Below are positions 45,912 to 57,086 of a stretch of 64,000 nucleotides of DNA, one piece after another. Made by a program: the position numbers and the translations under genes. Within the stretch, counting starts at the first letter, position 1; every line of letters starts with the position of its first letter. This stretch comes from Candidatus Dormiibacterota bacterium. Lineage in GTDB: Bacteria; Chloroflexota; Dormibacteria; Aeolococcales; Aeolococcaceae. Location: the NCBI GenBank assembly GCA_963713485.1, contig CAVQLW010000006.1, positions 197,714-261,713 on the forward strand, read 5' to 3'. The notes beneath the pieces were generated by a model. The model worked only from the letters and a program-made list of their open reading frames with translations. It was not told the origin of the DNA and did no database searches.

Positions 45912-48900
45912 TTGACCAAGCAAACCCCGAAGCCGGGGTGGATCCGGCGACTCTGGGGCTACATGCTCCGGCACCGGCGCGACGTGGCGCTCTCGGTCGG
46001 CGCCGCGGTGCTCGGGAGCATTGCGCAGACGGCGGTTCCGCTGGTGGCGCGGCAGATCGTCGACGGCGTCATCATCACGCACACATCGGCGCTCTGGCCG
46101 TGGCTGCTGTTGCTGCTCGGCCTCGCGGCGGCCGGCTTCGGTTTCGCGTACGTCAGGCGTTACCGCGGTGGCAGCGTCGCGCTCCAGATCCAGTACGACC
46201 TCCGCAACGACATGCACGACCACCTGCAGACGATGGACTTCGAGAACCTGAGCCGAATGCCGACGGGTCAGCTGGTCGCTCGCGCCAACTCCGATTCGAC
46301 GCTCATTCAGGGACTGCTCAACTTCTTCCCGATCATGAGCAGCAACGTGATCCTGCTGGTGCTGTCGCTCGGCGTCATGATCTATCTCTCGCCGCTGCTC
46401 GCCGTGGTGAGCCTCGTGGTGGCGCCGAGCCTGCTCTTCGTCTCGTACCGGATGCGGTGGCGGATCTTCCCGGCGACCTGGGACGGCCAGCAGCGGGAGG
46501 GGGACCTGGTGCAGATCGTCGACGAGGACCTGAACGGTGTCCGCGTGGTGAAGGCATTCGCCCAGGAGGACCGCGAGCTCGAACGCGTTGCCGACGCCGC
46601 CAAAATCCTCTACGGCTCGCAGATGCGGGCCGTCCGGCTCCAGTCGCGGTATCAGCCGTTCCTCGAGGCGATCCCGATGTTCGCGCAGGTGGCGATCCTC
46701 GCGCTGGGAGGGTGGCTTGCGCTGCGGCACCAGATCACTCTCGGGACCTTCCTGGCCTTCTCGACCTACGTCACACAGCTCATGGCGCCGGCGCGGCAGC
46801 TTGCCGGAGTCCTGACGATCGGCCAGCAGGCACGCGCAGGGCTGGAGCGCATCTTCCAGCTCCTCGACCTGCGGCCGAGCATCGCGGATACCCCCGACGC
46901 GATGGAGCTGCCGGTCCTTCGGGGGGAGGTCACCTTCTCGAACGTCCACTTTCGTTACAGCGACAGCAGCGCAGTGCTCGAGGGAGTCGACCTGCACATC
47001 AACCCGGGTGAGCGGATCGCGGTCGTCGGCCCGAGCGGCAGCGGCAAGTCGACCCTCGGCGCTGCTCGTCTCACGCTTCTACGACCCGACGGAGGGGACG
47101 GTGCTCGTCGACGGCCACGACGTGCGCGCGGTTGGCCTTCGCTCGCTCCGCCGGCAGATCGGCGTTGTGTTCGAGGAGAGCTTCCTGTTCTCGGATTCGG
47201 TGCGCGCCAACATCGCGTACGGACGCCCCGATGCCACGGACGAGCAGATCGTCGCCGCGGCGCGGGCCGCGCAGGCACACGAGTTCATCGAGGAGCTCCC
47301 GCGCGGATATGACACTGCGATCGGTGAGCGCGGCCTCACGCTCTCGGGTGGGCAGCGACAGCGGATCGCGCTCGCGCGCGCGATTCTCTACGACCCGCGC
47401 ATCCTGATCCTCGACGATGCGACGAGCTCCATCGACGCTCGGGTCGAGGCTGCGATTCACGACGCGCTCCGCGGGGTGATGGCGGATCGCACGACGCTGC
47501 TCATCGCGCATCGCAAATCGACGCTGCATCTTGCCGAGCGGATCGATCGTCCTCGATGAAGGGCGGATCGTCGACGAGGGTACCCACGACGCGCTCATGG
47601 CTCGGAGCGCGCTGTACCGGAACCTGGTGTCGGGATTCGAGGAGCAGGAGGCGGAGCGGATCGGCGACTCGATCGAACAGCTCGCAACACTGGCGGCGGC
47701 TCGATCGAACGGGACGACCACTTCAGCGTGGATGCGCCGTCGGGTCGGGTACGCCGCGGTGCGTCGCGGCGGCGTCCGCACCATCGGCGCGCCGAGCATC
47801 GGACCCGGCCTGGGGGGTGGAGGCAGCGGCTGGCGCCTCAGCCTGGCGCCCACGCCCGATCTCCTGGCGCGTGTGGCCCGCCTGCGGCCGGTGCGCGACG
47901 TGCCCAAGGTCGACCTCGAGCAGGAGTCGCGTCGCGATCGGCACTTCAGCCTGGTGCGCCTGCTTCGCGAGTTCCGCCGGACCGCTGCTGCTCGGGCTCC
48001 TGCTCGTCGTCATCGACGGCGTGATGAACCTGGCGGGGCCGGTGCTCGTGAAGACCGGCGTCGACAACGGCGTGTCGGCGGGATCCACCGACGTGCTCTT
48101 CATCGCCGCGGGGGTGTTCCTCGTCGTGACGCTCGTCGACCTCGTCGACGAGATCGGCGAGACGTTCGTCACCGGGCGCGCGGCCCAGCGGATCATGCTC
48201 TCGCTGCGCATCCGCATCTGGGCTCAGCTGCAGCGTCTCTCGCTCGACTACTACGAGCGCGAGATGACCGGCCGGATCATGACCCGGATGACGACCGACG
48301 TCGATCAGTTCGAGTCGCTCATCGAGAACGGGCTGCTGTCCGCGCTCGTCTCGATCGTCACCTTCGTCGGCGTGGGAGTGGCGCTCGTGCTCATCAACAC
48401 CGACCTGGGGCTGTGCACGCTCTCGGTGGCCGTCCCGCTCGCGATCGCCACCGCCGATCTTCCGGCAGCGAAGGCGGCGCGTCTCTACAGCCTGTCGCGC
48501 GAGCGCATCGCCATCGTCAACGCGGACTTCCAGGAGAGCCTGTCGGGCGTGCGCGAATCACAGGCGTTCGTCCACGAGGGCGCGACGATGGCCCAATTCC
48601 ATCGTCTCGGACGCGCGTACCTCGACACGCGGGTTGCGGCGCAACGGCTGGTCGCAACGTATTTCCCCTTCGTCCAGTTCGTGTCGGCGGTCGCCGACGC
48701 GATCGTCCTCGGTGTGGGGGCTCATCTCATCGCTTCGGGAGATCTCACGTCGGGCGCGCTCATCGCCTTTCTGCTGTACATCGACCTGTTCTTCTCGCCG
48801 ATCCAGCAGCTCTCACAGGTGTTCGACGCGTGGCAGCAGACGCGCGTCTCCGTCGGCCGCATCGCGGAGCTGATGCAGCTCGACACGCTCACGCCGGAGG

Positions 48901-49769
48901 CCGATGACCCGGTCGATCCGGGACGTCTCCACGGCGAGCTCGCCTTCGCCAGGGTGCGGTTCTCGTATCCGTCGGCCCTCGACCGGGCGGGCTTCGACGG
49001 AGGGCGAAGCGCCGAACGCCGCGGACCCGCGGATCCCGTCCGCCGGAGTCGCGCGACGCGGCGTGGAAGCAGCCGCCCGAGGCACTGCGCGAGATCGACC
49101 TCCAGGTCGGAGTGGGGGAGACCGTCGCGCTCGTCGGCGAGACCGGCGCCGGCAAGTCGACGGTGATGAAGCTGGTCGCTCGTTTCTACGACCCTGACGA
49201 AGGATCGGTGCAGGCCGACCATCACGACCTGCGCTCGGTGGACCTGCGAGCGTTCCGCCGGCAGCTCGGCTACGTGCCGCAGGAGGCGTTCCTGTTCTCC
49301 GGGAGCATCCGGGACAACATCGCGTATGGCCGCGCCGACGCACCGGATGCCCGGGTCGAAGCCGCCGCACGCGCGGTCGGCGCGCACGACTTCATCGCCC
49401 GCCTCTCGGGCGGGTATCACCACGAGCTGTCCGAACGAGGACGGTCGCTGTCGTCCGGGCCAGCGGCAGCTCATCGCGCTGGCACGTGCCGAGCTCGTCG
49501 ACCCGGCGCTGCTCCTCCTTGATGAAGCGACGTCGAACCTCGACCTCGCGACCGAGGCGCATGTCGCGGCGGCGATGCGGCAGGTGGCGCACGGGCGCAC
49601 CACGATCGTGATCGCGCACCGCCTGCAGACCGCGCGGACCGCCGATCGCATCATCGTGCTGCATCAGGGGCGGGTCGCCGAGGTCGGGTCCCACGATGAG
49701 CTGCTCGCGCACCAGGGACGCTACGCCGAGATGTGGGAGGCATTCGAGATGGTGGGTCAGCGCCACTGA
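45912..49769 (+). pseudogene. fused two-half type-I ABC exporter (TMD-NBD-TMD-NBD, Rv0194-like), about 5-6 frame disruptions
   Basis: Half 1: six-TM region, [33 protein letters not shown]. Half 2: PLLLGLLLVVIDG... TMD, GETGAGKST, (S)[23 protein letters not shown]. The conserved sequence switches frame near 47057, 47546, 47981, 48990-49075 and 49457. No stop separates the halves in the conserved frame. Confidence 0.8.
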
Positions 49770-49783
49770 ACGCCGCACCGCTT

Positions 49784-50906
49784 GTGGTGTGCGCGCCCAA
49801 CGCGTTCAAGGGCACGTTGAGCGCACGCTCGGCCGCGAGGGCGATCGCGCGCGGCGTTCGCGACGCGGGTGCGCACCCCGTTGAGGTGCCGGTCGCCGAC
49901 GGCGGGGACGGCACGCTCGACGTCCTGCTCGCCGCCCGGGGGAGCGCGGCGAGGCTCACCCGGCACCGTGTCACCGGACCGCTCGGGCACCCGCTGATCG
50001 CCAGGCTCGGGTGGCTGGGCCCCGGTGAGGCGGTGGTCGAGCTTGCCGAGGCTTCCGGGCTTCGACGCATTCACCCGCGGCCGCTCGACGCGCTCCATGC
50101 CACATCGCGGGGTACCGGCGAGCTCATCCGGATCGCGCTCGACGCCGGCGCCCATCGAATGCTCGTCGGAGTCGGTGGCAGCGCATGCACCGACGGCGGC
50201 GCCGGGATGCTGCAGGCGCTGGGGGCACGGCTCACCGACTCCCGCGGCGTCGATATCGGCCCCGGCGGCGCCGGGCTCGAGGATCTTGCGCGCATCGACC
50301 TGGCCGCCATGCACCCTGCGCTCGCAGCCTGCTCGGTTGAGGTCGCGTGTGACATTCGCAGCCCGCTGCTGGGTCCCGACGGTGCGGCGATGATGTTTGC
50401 GGCTCAGAAAGGCGCCGCCCCGCAGGACATCCGCCATCTCGAGACCGCGCTGGCGCATCTTGCCGCGGTCGCGGCCGCAGCCGGGGGAGAGGATCTCTCG
50501 AGGCTTCCCGGGTCTGGAGCTGCCGGCGGCTGCGGGTTTGGGCTTGCCCTCGCCGGCGCTCAGCTCCTTGCAGGAGCACAGCTCATCTGCGACGGGGTCG
50601 GCCTCGACGCAGCACTCTCAGGAGCTGCCCTCGTCATCACCGGCGAGGGGCGGCTCGAACTCGCAGACCACGGCAGGCAAGGCCCCGGCGGAAGTTGCCG
50701 CGAGGGCGAAGACCGCGGGCGTCACCTGCGTCGCGATAGGCGGCTCCGTGGTCGATCCACTGCCCGCGCTGTTCGCGCGGACGTGGTCGCTCGGGGCCGT
50801 GGATCCGGATGTGGATCCACGACTGCACGCACGGGTGCTGCTGCGTCGAGTGGCTCGCGAGGTGTTGCGCGACGCGCCTCTTCGTGATCCCGAGCCATCG
50901 GCGTGA
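49784..50906 (+). CDS. glxK: glycerate kinase, one +1 frameshift at about 50658
   Basis: VCAPNAFKGTLSA...PVADGGDGT...ITGEGRL, then after removing one A of ctcgAActcg: DSQTTAGKAPAEVA... Length is 3n+1. Confidence 0.8.
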
Positions 50907-50952
50907 CCGATGCCGATCTGTATATTGCGAACCACGTGGGTCAGCATCAGCA

Positions 50953-51819
50953 GTGAAGATCGGATTCGTCGGTATCGGCACGATGGGGCGGCCGATGGCA
51001 CAGCGACTGCTCGGCGCGGGCCACGAGGTGTCGATCTGCAGCCGCACCAGAAACGCAGGCGTCGTGTCCCTTGGGGAACAGGGAGCGACGATTCGCGAGT
51101 CACCCGCTGCCCTCGCCGCCGATGTTGAGATGGTGCTCACCGCCCTCCCGACTGAGGCGAGCGTTCGCGATGTGTACGCATCGATGTCGGAGGTCGCACA
51201 CGGGGATCAGCTGTACGCCGACCATTCGACGGTGAGCGTCAAGCTCAATCAATGGTGCGCGGCCCAGCTCACCGCAAAGGGCGCGTCATTTCTCGATGCA
51301 CCCGTGTCGGGAGGCCCGGCCGGCGCCGACGCCGGAACGCTGACCGTGATGGTCGGCGGCGACGAGGATGTGTTCGCGCGCGCGCTTCCCGTCTTCGAGG
51401 CCTTCGGCGGCAAGATACGGCGCTGCGGCCCGACCGGCAGCGGGCAGGCGATCAAGCTCGTCAACCAGTTGCTGGTCGCGGTGCACACGATGGCCTCCGC
51501 CGAGGCGGCGGCCATGGCCGTTCAGCTCGGCGCCGATCTCAGCACCGTGCAGGACGTCATCGGGACGTCGTTCGGCAGCTCGACGATGCTGCTGCGCAAT
51601 CTCCCGCGGTTCATCGGGCGGGACTTCACTCCCGCGACGCCGGTCGGGTTGATCGCCAAGGATCTGTCGATCATCCACACGGAGGCGATGGATGCCGGCG
51701 TGCCGCTCTTCCTCGGCGGACTGGCCCAGCAGTGCTTTCTCGAGGCGACGGCTCGCGGCTGGAACGGCGAGGACATGTCCGCGCTGATCAAGCTCTGGGA
51801 TCGAGCGCCGGAGCCCTGA
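50953..51819 (+). CDS. 2-hydroxy-3-oxopropionate (tartronate semialdehyde) reductase / 3-hydroxyisobutyrate dehydrogenase family
   Basis: VKIGFVGIGTMGRPMA Rossmann motif, DAPVSGG, GSGQAIKLVNQ. Flanked by glxK and hyi. Confidence 0.8.
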   Translation: MKIGFVGIGTMGRPMAQRLLGAGHEVSICSRTRNAGVVSLGEQGATIRESPAALAADVEMVLTALPTEASVRDVYASMSEVAHGDQLYADHSTVSVKLNQWCAAQLTAKGASFLDAPVSGGPAGADAGTLTVMVGGDEDVFARALPVFEAFGGKIRRCGPTGSGQAIKLVNQLLVAVHTMASAEAAAMAVQLGADLSTVQDVIGTSFGSSTMLLRNLPRFIGRDFTPATPVGLIAKDLSIIHTEAMDAGVPLFLGGLAQQCFLEATARGWNGEDMSALIKLWDRAPEP

Positions 51820-51820
51820 C

Positions 51821-52609
51821 ATGCCGAGGTTCGCGGCCAACCTGACGATGCTGTGGCAGGAGCTGGATCCGTACGCTCGCTTCCAGGCCGCCGCCGACGC
51901 GGGATTCACGAATGTCGAGATGCTGTTTCCCCACGAGCTCGAGGAGGATCGTCTGGAGTCGACGCTCGAGCGGCTGGGTCTTCACATGGTGGTGTTCGAT
52001 CCGGCGGCGGGTGACTGGGCCGGAGGCGAACGAGGACTGCTCTCGCTTCCCGGACGTGAGGTCGAGCTGCTGCACACCGTCCGCGAGGCGATCAAGCTCG
52101 CACAGCGCCTCGGAACCACGTTGCTCAACACGCTTGTCGGCGTTCCGCCCCCGGGCGTCACGGACGCCGAGGCGGAGACCACGATCCTGACGAATCTGCG
52201 CCGCGTGGCGCCACTTGCTCACGAGGCCGGGATCACCCTGCTGATCGAGGCGATCAACAACGTCGACATGCCGGGATACTGGGCGCGCAACGTCGCGAAG
52301 GCCGTGCACATCGTCGAGACCGTGAGTCATCCGAACGTCCGTCTGCAGCTCGATCAGTACCACGCGGCCATGGCGGGCGACGATCCGATCGCATGCCTGC
52401 ACGCGCATCTTCCGCTCGTTGCGCACGTGCAGATCGCTGACGTGCCGGGCCGCCACGAACCGGGCACCGGCACGCAGCCCATCGCCGAGTTCCTCGATGA
52501 TCTCGATCGTGTCGGGTATGAGGGCTTCGTGGGCCTGGAATACCGCCCGCTGGTCGACACCGCCAGCAGCCTTCGCTGGATGCAGGGTCGAACGGCTCGG
52601 CCGGGCTGA
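51821..52609 (+). CDS. hyi: hydroxypyruvate isomerase
   Basis: MPRFAANLTMLW...EMLFP...LIEAIN...QLDQYH...HVQIAD...PGTG is a typical Hyi/TIM-barrel pattern. Confidence 0.85.
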   Translation: MPRFAANLTMLWQELDPYARFQAAADAGFTNVEMLFPHELEEDRLESTLERLGLHMVVFDPAAGDWAGGERGLLSLPGREVELLHTVREAIKLAQRLGTTLLNTLVGVPPPGVTDAEAETTILTNLRRVAPLAHEAGITLLIEAINNVDMPGYWARNVAKAVHIVETVSHPNVRLQLDQYHAAMAGDDPIACLHAHLPLVAHVQIADVPGRHEPGTGTQPIAEFLDDLDRVGYEGFVGLEYRPLVDTASSLRWMQGRTARPG

Positions 52610-52634
52610 CCCCACATCGAACCGCGAGTCGCTG

Positions 52635-53684
52635 CTACCTGGCGATGGTCTCCGGATGGGCGCGCGAGCCGGATGAGTCTGCAGGCCCGTCCAGCTGCCC
52701 GGGAGCGCCCGTCGCCGCCATCGAGCGCCGGCGACTTTCCCGATGCGCGGTTGCCAGACCGACACCCACGGCGGTGAGCACGCCCGCGACGAGCAGGATC
52801 GCCGCGAGGCCACGCTGACCGCTGAACCGGTCGACGAACAGCGTGACGCCGATCAGCACGACGATGGCGAGGATGGCAACCGCTCCATCGCCGACGAAGA
52901 TTCCCCAGACCTCCTTGACCGCTGTTGCGAGCCCGCGAACGAAGGGTCGATCAACGGTGGACGATGCTGTCGCTGAGAGCCGCAGCACCACGACGAAGAG
53001 CAGTGAGGCAAGGCCGTAGGCGCCGATCAGGATCGGCAGGCTCACGTCGTCGTGCCACCACTGCACGCCGATTCCCTCACCGGCGAAGAAGGTCCCGAAC
53101 GAGGTCAGCATCACGCCGACGACGTACTTCATCGTGTTCTCCGGAACCTGCGTCAGCGGGCGGCGCAGCGCGACTCCGATGGCCGCAACGACGATCAGGG
53201 CGGCAACCGCCCCCAGCGCGGAGGATGTGACGCTCTGCAGCCCTCCCAGCGCGACGACGATGAAGACCACCTCGAGCCCTTCGAGGAACACGCCGCTGAA
53301 CGCCGTGGCGATGCCGGCTCGATCCAGCGTGGCAGCGCGACTCCCGGCGATCCCCAGCGTCGCGAGCGTCTTCTGAAATGCCTTGGCCTCGTCGTGCAAC
53401 GGCGCCAGACCGCTCGATCGAAGGATCGCTTTGTGAAGCCACTTGATCCCGAAGAGCAGCAGGAAGACGCCGACCACGGTCCGTGCCGCGGCAATCGAGA
53501 CGTGCGACGTGATCGCGAGCCCGAATCCGACAATCAACGCGATCAGCGCGACGAGCGCCAGAGCCAACCCGACGAACGCACTCCGCCAGCCCTTGACCAG
53601 CCCGACGGCCAGCACGATGGTGAGCGCCTCGACCCACTCAACGCCGGCGGCGAGAAACGTCGCGAGCAGTACCAGGATGTTCAC
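52635..53684 (-). CDS. integral membrane protein with internal duplication (COG4280-like)
   Basis: 349 aa, about 8 TM. Two related halves, each starting with an E-x-x-E helix: AAGVEWVEALTIVLAVG and VFLEGLEVVFIVVALG. Confidence 0.55.
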   Translation of the reverse strand: MNILVLLATFLAAGVEWVEALTIVLAVGLVKGWRSAFVGLALALVALIALIVGFGLAITSHVSIAAARTVVGVFLLLFGIKWLHKAILRSSGLAPLHDEAKAFQKTLATLGIAGSRAATLDRAGIATAFSGVFLEGLEVVFIVVALGGLQSVTSSALGAVAALIVVAAIGVALRRPLTQVPENTMKYVVGVMLTSFGTFFAGEGIGVQWWHDDVSLPILIGAYGLASLLFVVVLRLSATASSTVDRPFVRGLATAVKEVWGIFVGDGAVAILAIVVLIGVTLFVDRFSGQRGLAAILLVAGVLTAVGVGLATAHRESRRRSMAATGAPGQLDGPADSSGSRAHPETIAR

Positions 53685-53739
53685 GCGCAGGCAGACTCAG
53701 CTCGTCGCAGGTGGCCGGCACCGGCGTCGCACGTCGACA

Positions 53740-54759
53740 TCAGCCGGCCAGCGCACGCAGGCGCGGCAGGACCTCGTGCGAGTACAGCTCGAGAAAGTGA
53801 CGCTGATCCGAGCCTGGTGCATGGAAGATGAGCTCGGTGAACCCGAGATCGAGGTACGGACGGATTCGTTCGACATGCTCGTCGGGATCGCTCGAGACGA
53901 TCCACCGGGATGCCGCCCGATCGACGGACAGGGCGTCCGCGAGCCGCTCCATCTCCATGGGGTCTTCGATGCCGGTCTTCTCCTCGGGAGCGAGCGCCAG
54001 GGCCGACCAGTTCCTGGTGTCATCGCGAGCGCGGTCGATGTCCGTGTCGAACGAGACCTTCATCTCGATCATCAGCGCGATGTCAGCGGGATCGCGGCCT
54101 GCGGCGCGCGCACCCTCGACGACCGCCGGCAGCAGTGTGTCCGAGTACAGCGTCATACCCTTGCCGCTCGTGCAGATGAGCCCATCCGCGACGCGCCCGG
54201 CGAGGCGTGCCGCTGACGGCCCGGCGGCTGCCACGTAGAGCGGGATGGGCGTTTCGGGGCGATCGTAGACCGTGGCATTTCGGGTTCGATAGAAGGCGCC
54301 GTCGAAGCTGACCCGCTCGTCCTTCCACAACCGCTGGATGAGCTCGATCGCCTCCTTCAGCCGCGCGAAGCGCTCCTTGCTGTCCGGCCATTCGACGCCC
54401 AGCGGGGTCTCGTTCATCGACTCGCCGGTGCCGACACCGAGCCACATTCGCCCGGGGAACAGGCACCCGAGGGTCGCCATGGCCTGCGCGACGACCGCGG
54501 GGTGGTAGCGGAACGTCGGCGTGAGCACGCTGGTGCCGAGCCGGATGCGCCTCGTCGCCTGCCCCGCGGCACCCAGCCACGCCAGCGAGAACGGCGCATG
54601 GCCGCCTGTATGGCGCCAGGGCTGCAGGTGGTCGCTGATGCCGGCACTGTCGAAACCGAGTTCCTCCGCGGCAACGGTGAAGCCGAGCAATTCGGCGGGC
54701 CCGAACTGCTCTGCCGACACCTTGTAGCCAAGCCGGAGTGCGCGCGACACCGGCCCCAT
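53740..54759 (-). CDS. LLM-class F420-dependent oxidoreductase, glucose-6-phosphate dehydrogenase (FGD) family
   Basis: LGYKVSAEQFGPAELL...ISDHLQPW...LGTSVLTPTFRYHPAVVAQA...LGVGTGESMNE matches the FGD-family pattern. Confidence 0.75.
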   Translation of the reverse strand: MGPVSRALRLGYKVSAEQFGPAELLGFTVAAEELGFDSAGISDHLQPWRHTGGHAPFSLAWLGAAGQATRRIRLGTSVLTPTFRYHPAVVAQAMATLGCLFPGRMWLGVGTGESMNETPLGVEWPDSKERFARLKEAIELIQRLWKDERVSFDGAFYRTRNATVYDRPETPIPLYVAAAGPSAARLAGRVADGLICTSGKGMTLYSDTLLPAVVEGARAAGRDPADIALMIEMKVSFDTDIDRARDDTRNWSALALAPEEKTGIEDPMEMERLADALSVDRAASRWIVSSDPDEHVERIRPYLDLGFTELIFHAPGSDQRHFLELYSHEVLPRLRALAG

Positions 54760-54841
54760 TGTCACCGATCCCGCGCGCACGCGCGCCGGCTGCGGCCGTC
54801 TCCATGCATACCTATGCAACGAGCGTGGATCACCACTTCAC

Positions 54842-56629
54842 GTGAGGCTGCCGGAACCCGGTAATGCGGTATACCCCCTTGGTGCGCACCGCTCTCGACA
54901 CGAAAGGACAGCCCAGCGGGTGCAGGTAGGGACCGTCCGGGCGCCGTCGCCACCGCGTCGAGACAACTACAAGTGGGTGGCGCTCTCGAACACGACGATC
55001 GGCGTGCTGCTGGCGACGATCGACGCGTCGATCATGCTGATCGCGATGCCCGACATCTTTCGAGGCATCGACCTGGATCCCCTGAACCCCGCGAACAGCT
55101 TCTACCTGCTCTGGATGATCCTCGGCTTCCTCATCGTCAGCAGCGTGCTGGTGGTCGGCCTCGGGCGCCTCGGTGACATCCTCGGCCGGGTTCGCATCTA
55201 CAACCTCGGTTTCGTCATCTACACCGGCGCGTCGCTGCTGCTCACCATCGACTGGATGACCGGGCGGTCAGGGGCCGTCTGGCTGATGGTGATGCGGGTG
55301 CTGCAGGGGATCGGCGCGGCGTGTCTGATCGGCAACTCGGCCGCCATCCTCACTGACGCATTTCCGAGCAATCAGCGAGGCCTTGCCCTGGGGATCAACA
55401 ACGTCGCGGGCATCAGCGGCGTGTTCATCGGTCTCGTGCTCGGCGGGCTGCTCGCGCCGATCAACTGGCGGCTGGTGTTCCTGGTGTCGGTGCCGTTCGG
55501 CCTCTTCGGGACCGTCTGGGCATACCTCAAGCTGGAGGAGCGGGGGGTGCGCCGCCGCGTCCCCATCGACTGGCTCGGCAACACGACGTTCGCGATCGGC
55601 CTGATCCTCGTGATGATCGGGATCACGTACGGCATCGAGCCTTACGGGAAGGATCCGATGGGCTGGACGAGCCCGTGGGTGCTCTCCGAGCTCATCGTCG
55701 GCGTTGCGTTCCTCGCGTGGTTCGTCGTCGTCGAGAGCCGCGTGCCCAATCCGATGTTCCGCCTTCCGCTGTTCCGGATCCGGGCCTTCACGTTCGGCAC
55801 GCTGTCGAGCTTCCTCGCCGCGGTCGGCCGCGGCGGGCTGATGTTCATGCTGATCATCTGGCTGCAGGGCATCTGGTTGCCGGAGCACGGATACAGCTTC
55901 AACTCGACGCCGCTGTGGGCAGGGATCTACATGCTGCCGCTCACCGGCGGGTTCCTGCTCGCCGGTCCGATGTCCGGGTTTCTCTCGGATCGTTTCGGAT
56001 CGCGGCCGTTCGCAACCGGCGGGATGATCGCGGCCGCCGCGAGCTTCGCGTTCCTGCAGCTGCTGCCGATCGACTTTCCGTACCCGCTGTTCGCCCTCAT
56101 CCTGCTGCTCAACGGTCTCGCGATGGGTGCCTTCGCGTCACCGAATCGAGCGGCGGTGATGAACAGCCTCCCCGCCGGCGATCGTGGCGCCGGCGGCGGG
56201 ATGAACGCGACGTTCCAGAGCTCGGCGCAGGTGCTCTCCATCGGCATCTTCTTCACGCTCATGATCACCGGTCTCGCCGCGACACTCTCGACGACGATGA
56301 CCGGTGGACTCGAGGCACACGGGGTGCCAGCTGCTGTGGCGGTGCAGGTCGGACATCTGCCGCCCGTCTCGATCCTCTTCGCGGCGTTCCTCGGATACAA
56401 CCCGATCCAGCAGCTCGTCGGCCCCCACGTGCTCGGTCAGTTGAGCGCCGCGAACGCCTCGGCGCTCACCGGGCGCGAGTTCTTTCCGCAGCTGATCTCG
56501 GGCCCGTTCGCCGCCGGGCTGCACCAGGCGTTCACGTTCTCGCTGCTGGTGTGCCTGGTGGCCGCGGTCGCCTCGTGGTCGAGAGGCAAGCGCGTGACGG
56601 TGGAGGAGCCCGCGGCTACCGCAGGCTGA
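54842..56629 (+). CDS. MFS transporter, DHA2 (14-TM, EmrB/QacA-like) type; start uncertain
   Basis: 14 hydrophobic segments. LGRLGDILGR motif A-like loop. Size 595 aa. Confidence 0.8.
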   Translation: MRLPEPGNAVYPLGAHRSRHERTAQRVQVGTVRAPSPPRRDNYKWVALSNTTIGVLLATIDASIMLIAMPDIFRGIDLDPLNPANSFYLLWMILGFLIVSSVLVVGLGRLGDILGRVRIYNLGFVIYTGASLLLTIDWMTGRSGAVWLMVMRVLQGIGAACLIGNSAAILTDAFPSNQRGLALGINNVAGISGVFIGLVLGGLLAPINWRLVFLVSVPFGLFGTVWAYLKLEERGVRRRVPIDWLGNTTFAIGLILVMIGITYGIEPYGKDPMGWTSPWVLSELIVGVAFLAWFVVVESRVPNPMFRLPLFRIRAFTFGTLSSFLAAVGRGGLMFMLIIWLQGIWLPEHGYSFNSTPLWAGIYMLPLTGGFLLAGPMSGFLSDRFGSRPFATGGMIAAAASFAFLQLLPIDFPYPLFALILLLNGLAMGAFASPNRAAVMNSLPAGDRGAGGGMNATFQSSAQVLSIGIFFTLMITGLAATLSTTMTGGLEAHGVPAAVAVQVGHLPPVSILFAAFLGYNPIQQLVGPHVLGQLSAANASALTGREFFPQLISGPFAAGLHQAFTFSLLVCLVAAVASWSRGKRVTVEEPAATAG

Positions 56630-57041
56630 TCGCGGGCCCCGTCAACGCGAAGGGGACGTGACCTGCCGTCGCAAAGAGGACGAACAGCGCCATCGCGGCG
56701 CCGAGCAAGGAGACGTCCCGGTAGAAGCCCGATTCGTGAGTGCGCCGCGCGGCAGGATCGCTGTACGTCCAGAACGGATGGAAGACGACACCGGCGGGCA
56801 CCAGAAAGAGCGCGACCATCAGCGCGCCGACATCCGGCCAGATGCCGACGAGGATCGACAGGTCCGCGACGAGGAGCCATGCGCCCGCCGGCCATCCCGC
56901 CAGGACCGGGAGCGGCAGCTTGCGCCCGGAGCCGGTGACGTACCGCGAGTGGTTGCGGATGTGCCCGCGCGCGGCGAAGGCGAACAGCGCTGGAAAGAGG
57001 ATCCTCCCGGCGAGGAGCACGACCCCGCCGAGCGTGCTCAC
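56616..57041 (-). CDS. DoxX family membrane protein
   Basis: 141 aa, 4 TM. The pattern GRILFPALFAFAARGH...FHPFW is typical of DoxX. Confidence 0.65.
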   Translation of the reverse strand: MSTLGGVVLLAGRILFPALFAFAARGHIRNHSRYVTGSGRKLPLPVLAGWPAGAWLLVADLSILVGIWPDVGALMVALFLVPAGVVFHPFWTYSDPAARRTHESGFYRDVSLLGAAMALFVLFATAGHVPFALTGPAISLR

Positions 57042-57086
57042 GCGTTCATCCCTCGTGAAGCGCCGGGAGCGCCGTGGCCTGGGTGG

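Noticed and set aside
47040-49470. Programmed ribosomal frameshifting or transcriptional slippage to explain the split ABC exporter, hacA, glxK and similar genes
   Set aside because: The sites have no slippery heptamers, no downstream pseudoknots and no shared motif. They occur inside universally conserved catalytic motifs (Walker A, GADSHT, signature LSGGQ). They are too numerous per gene.
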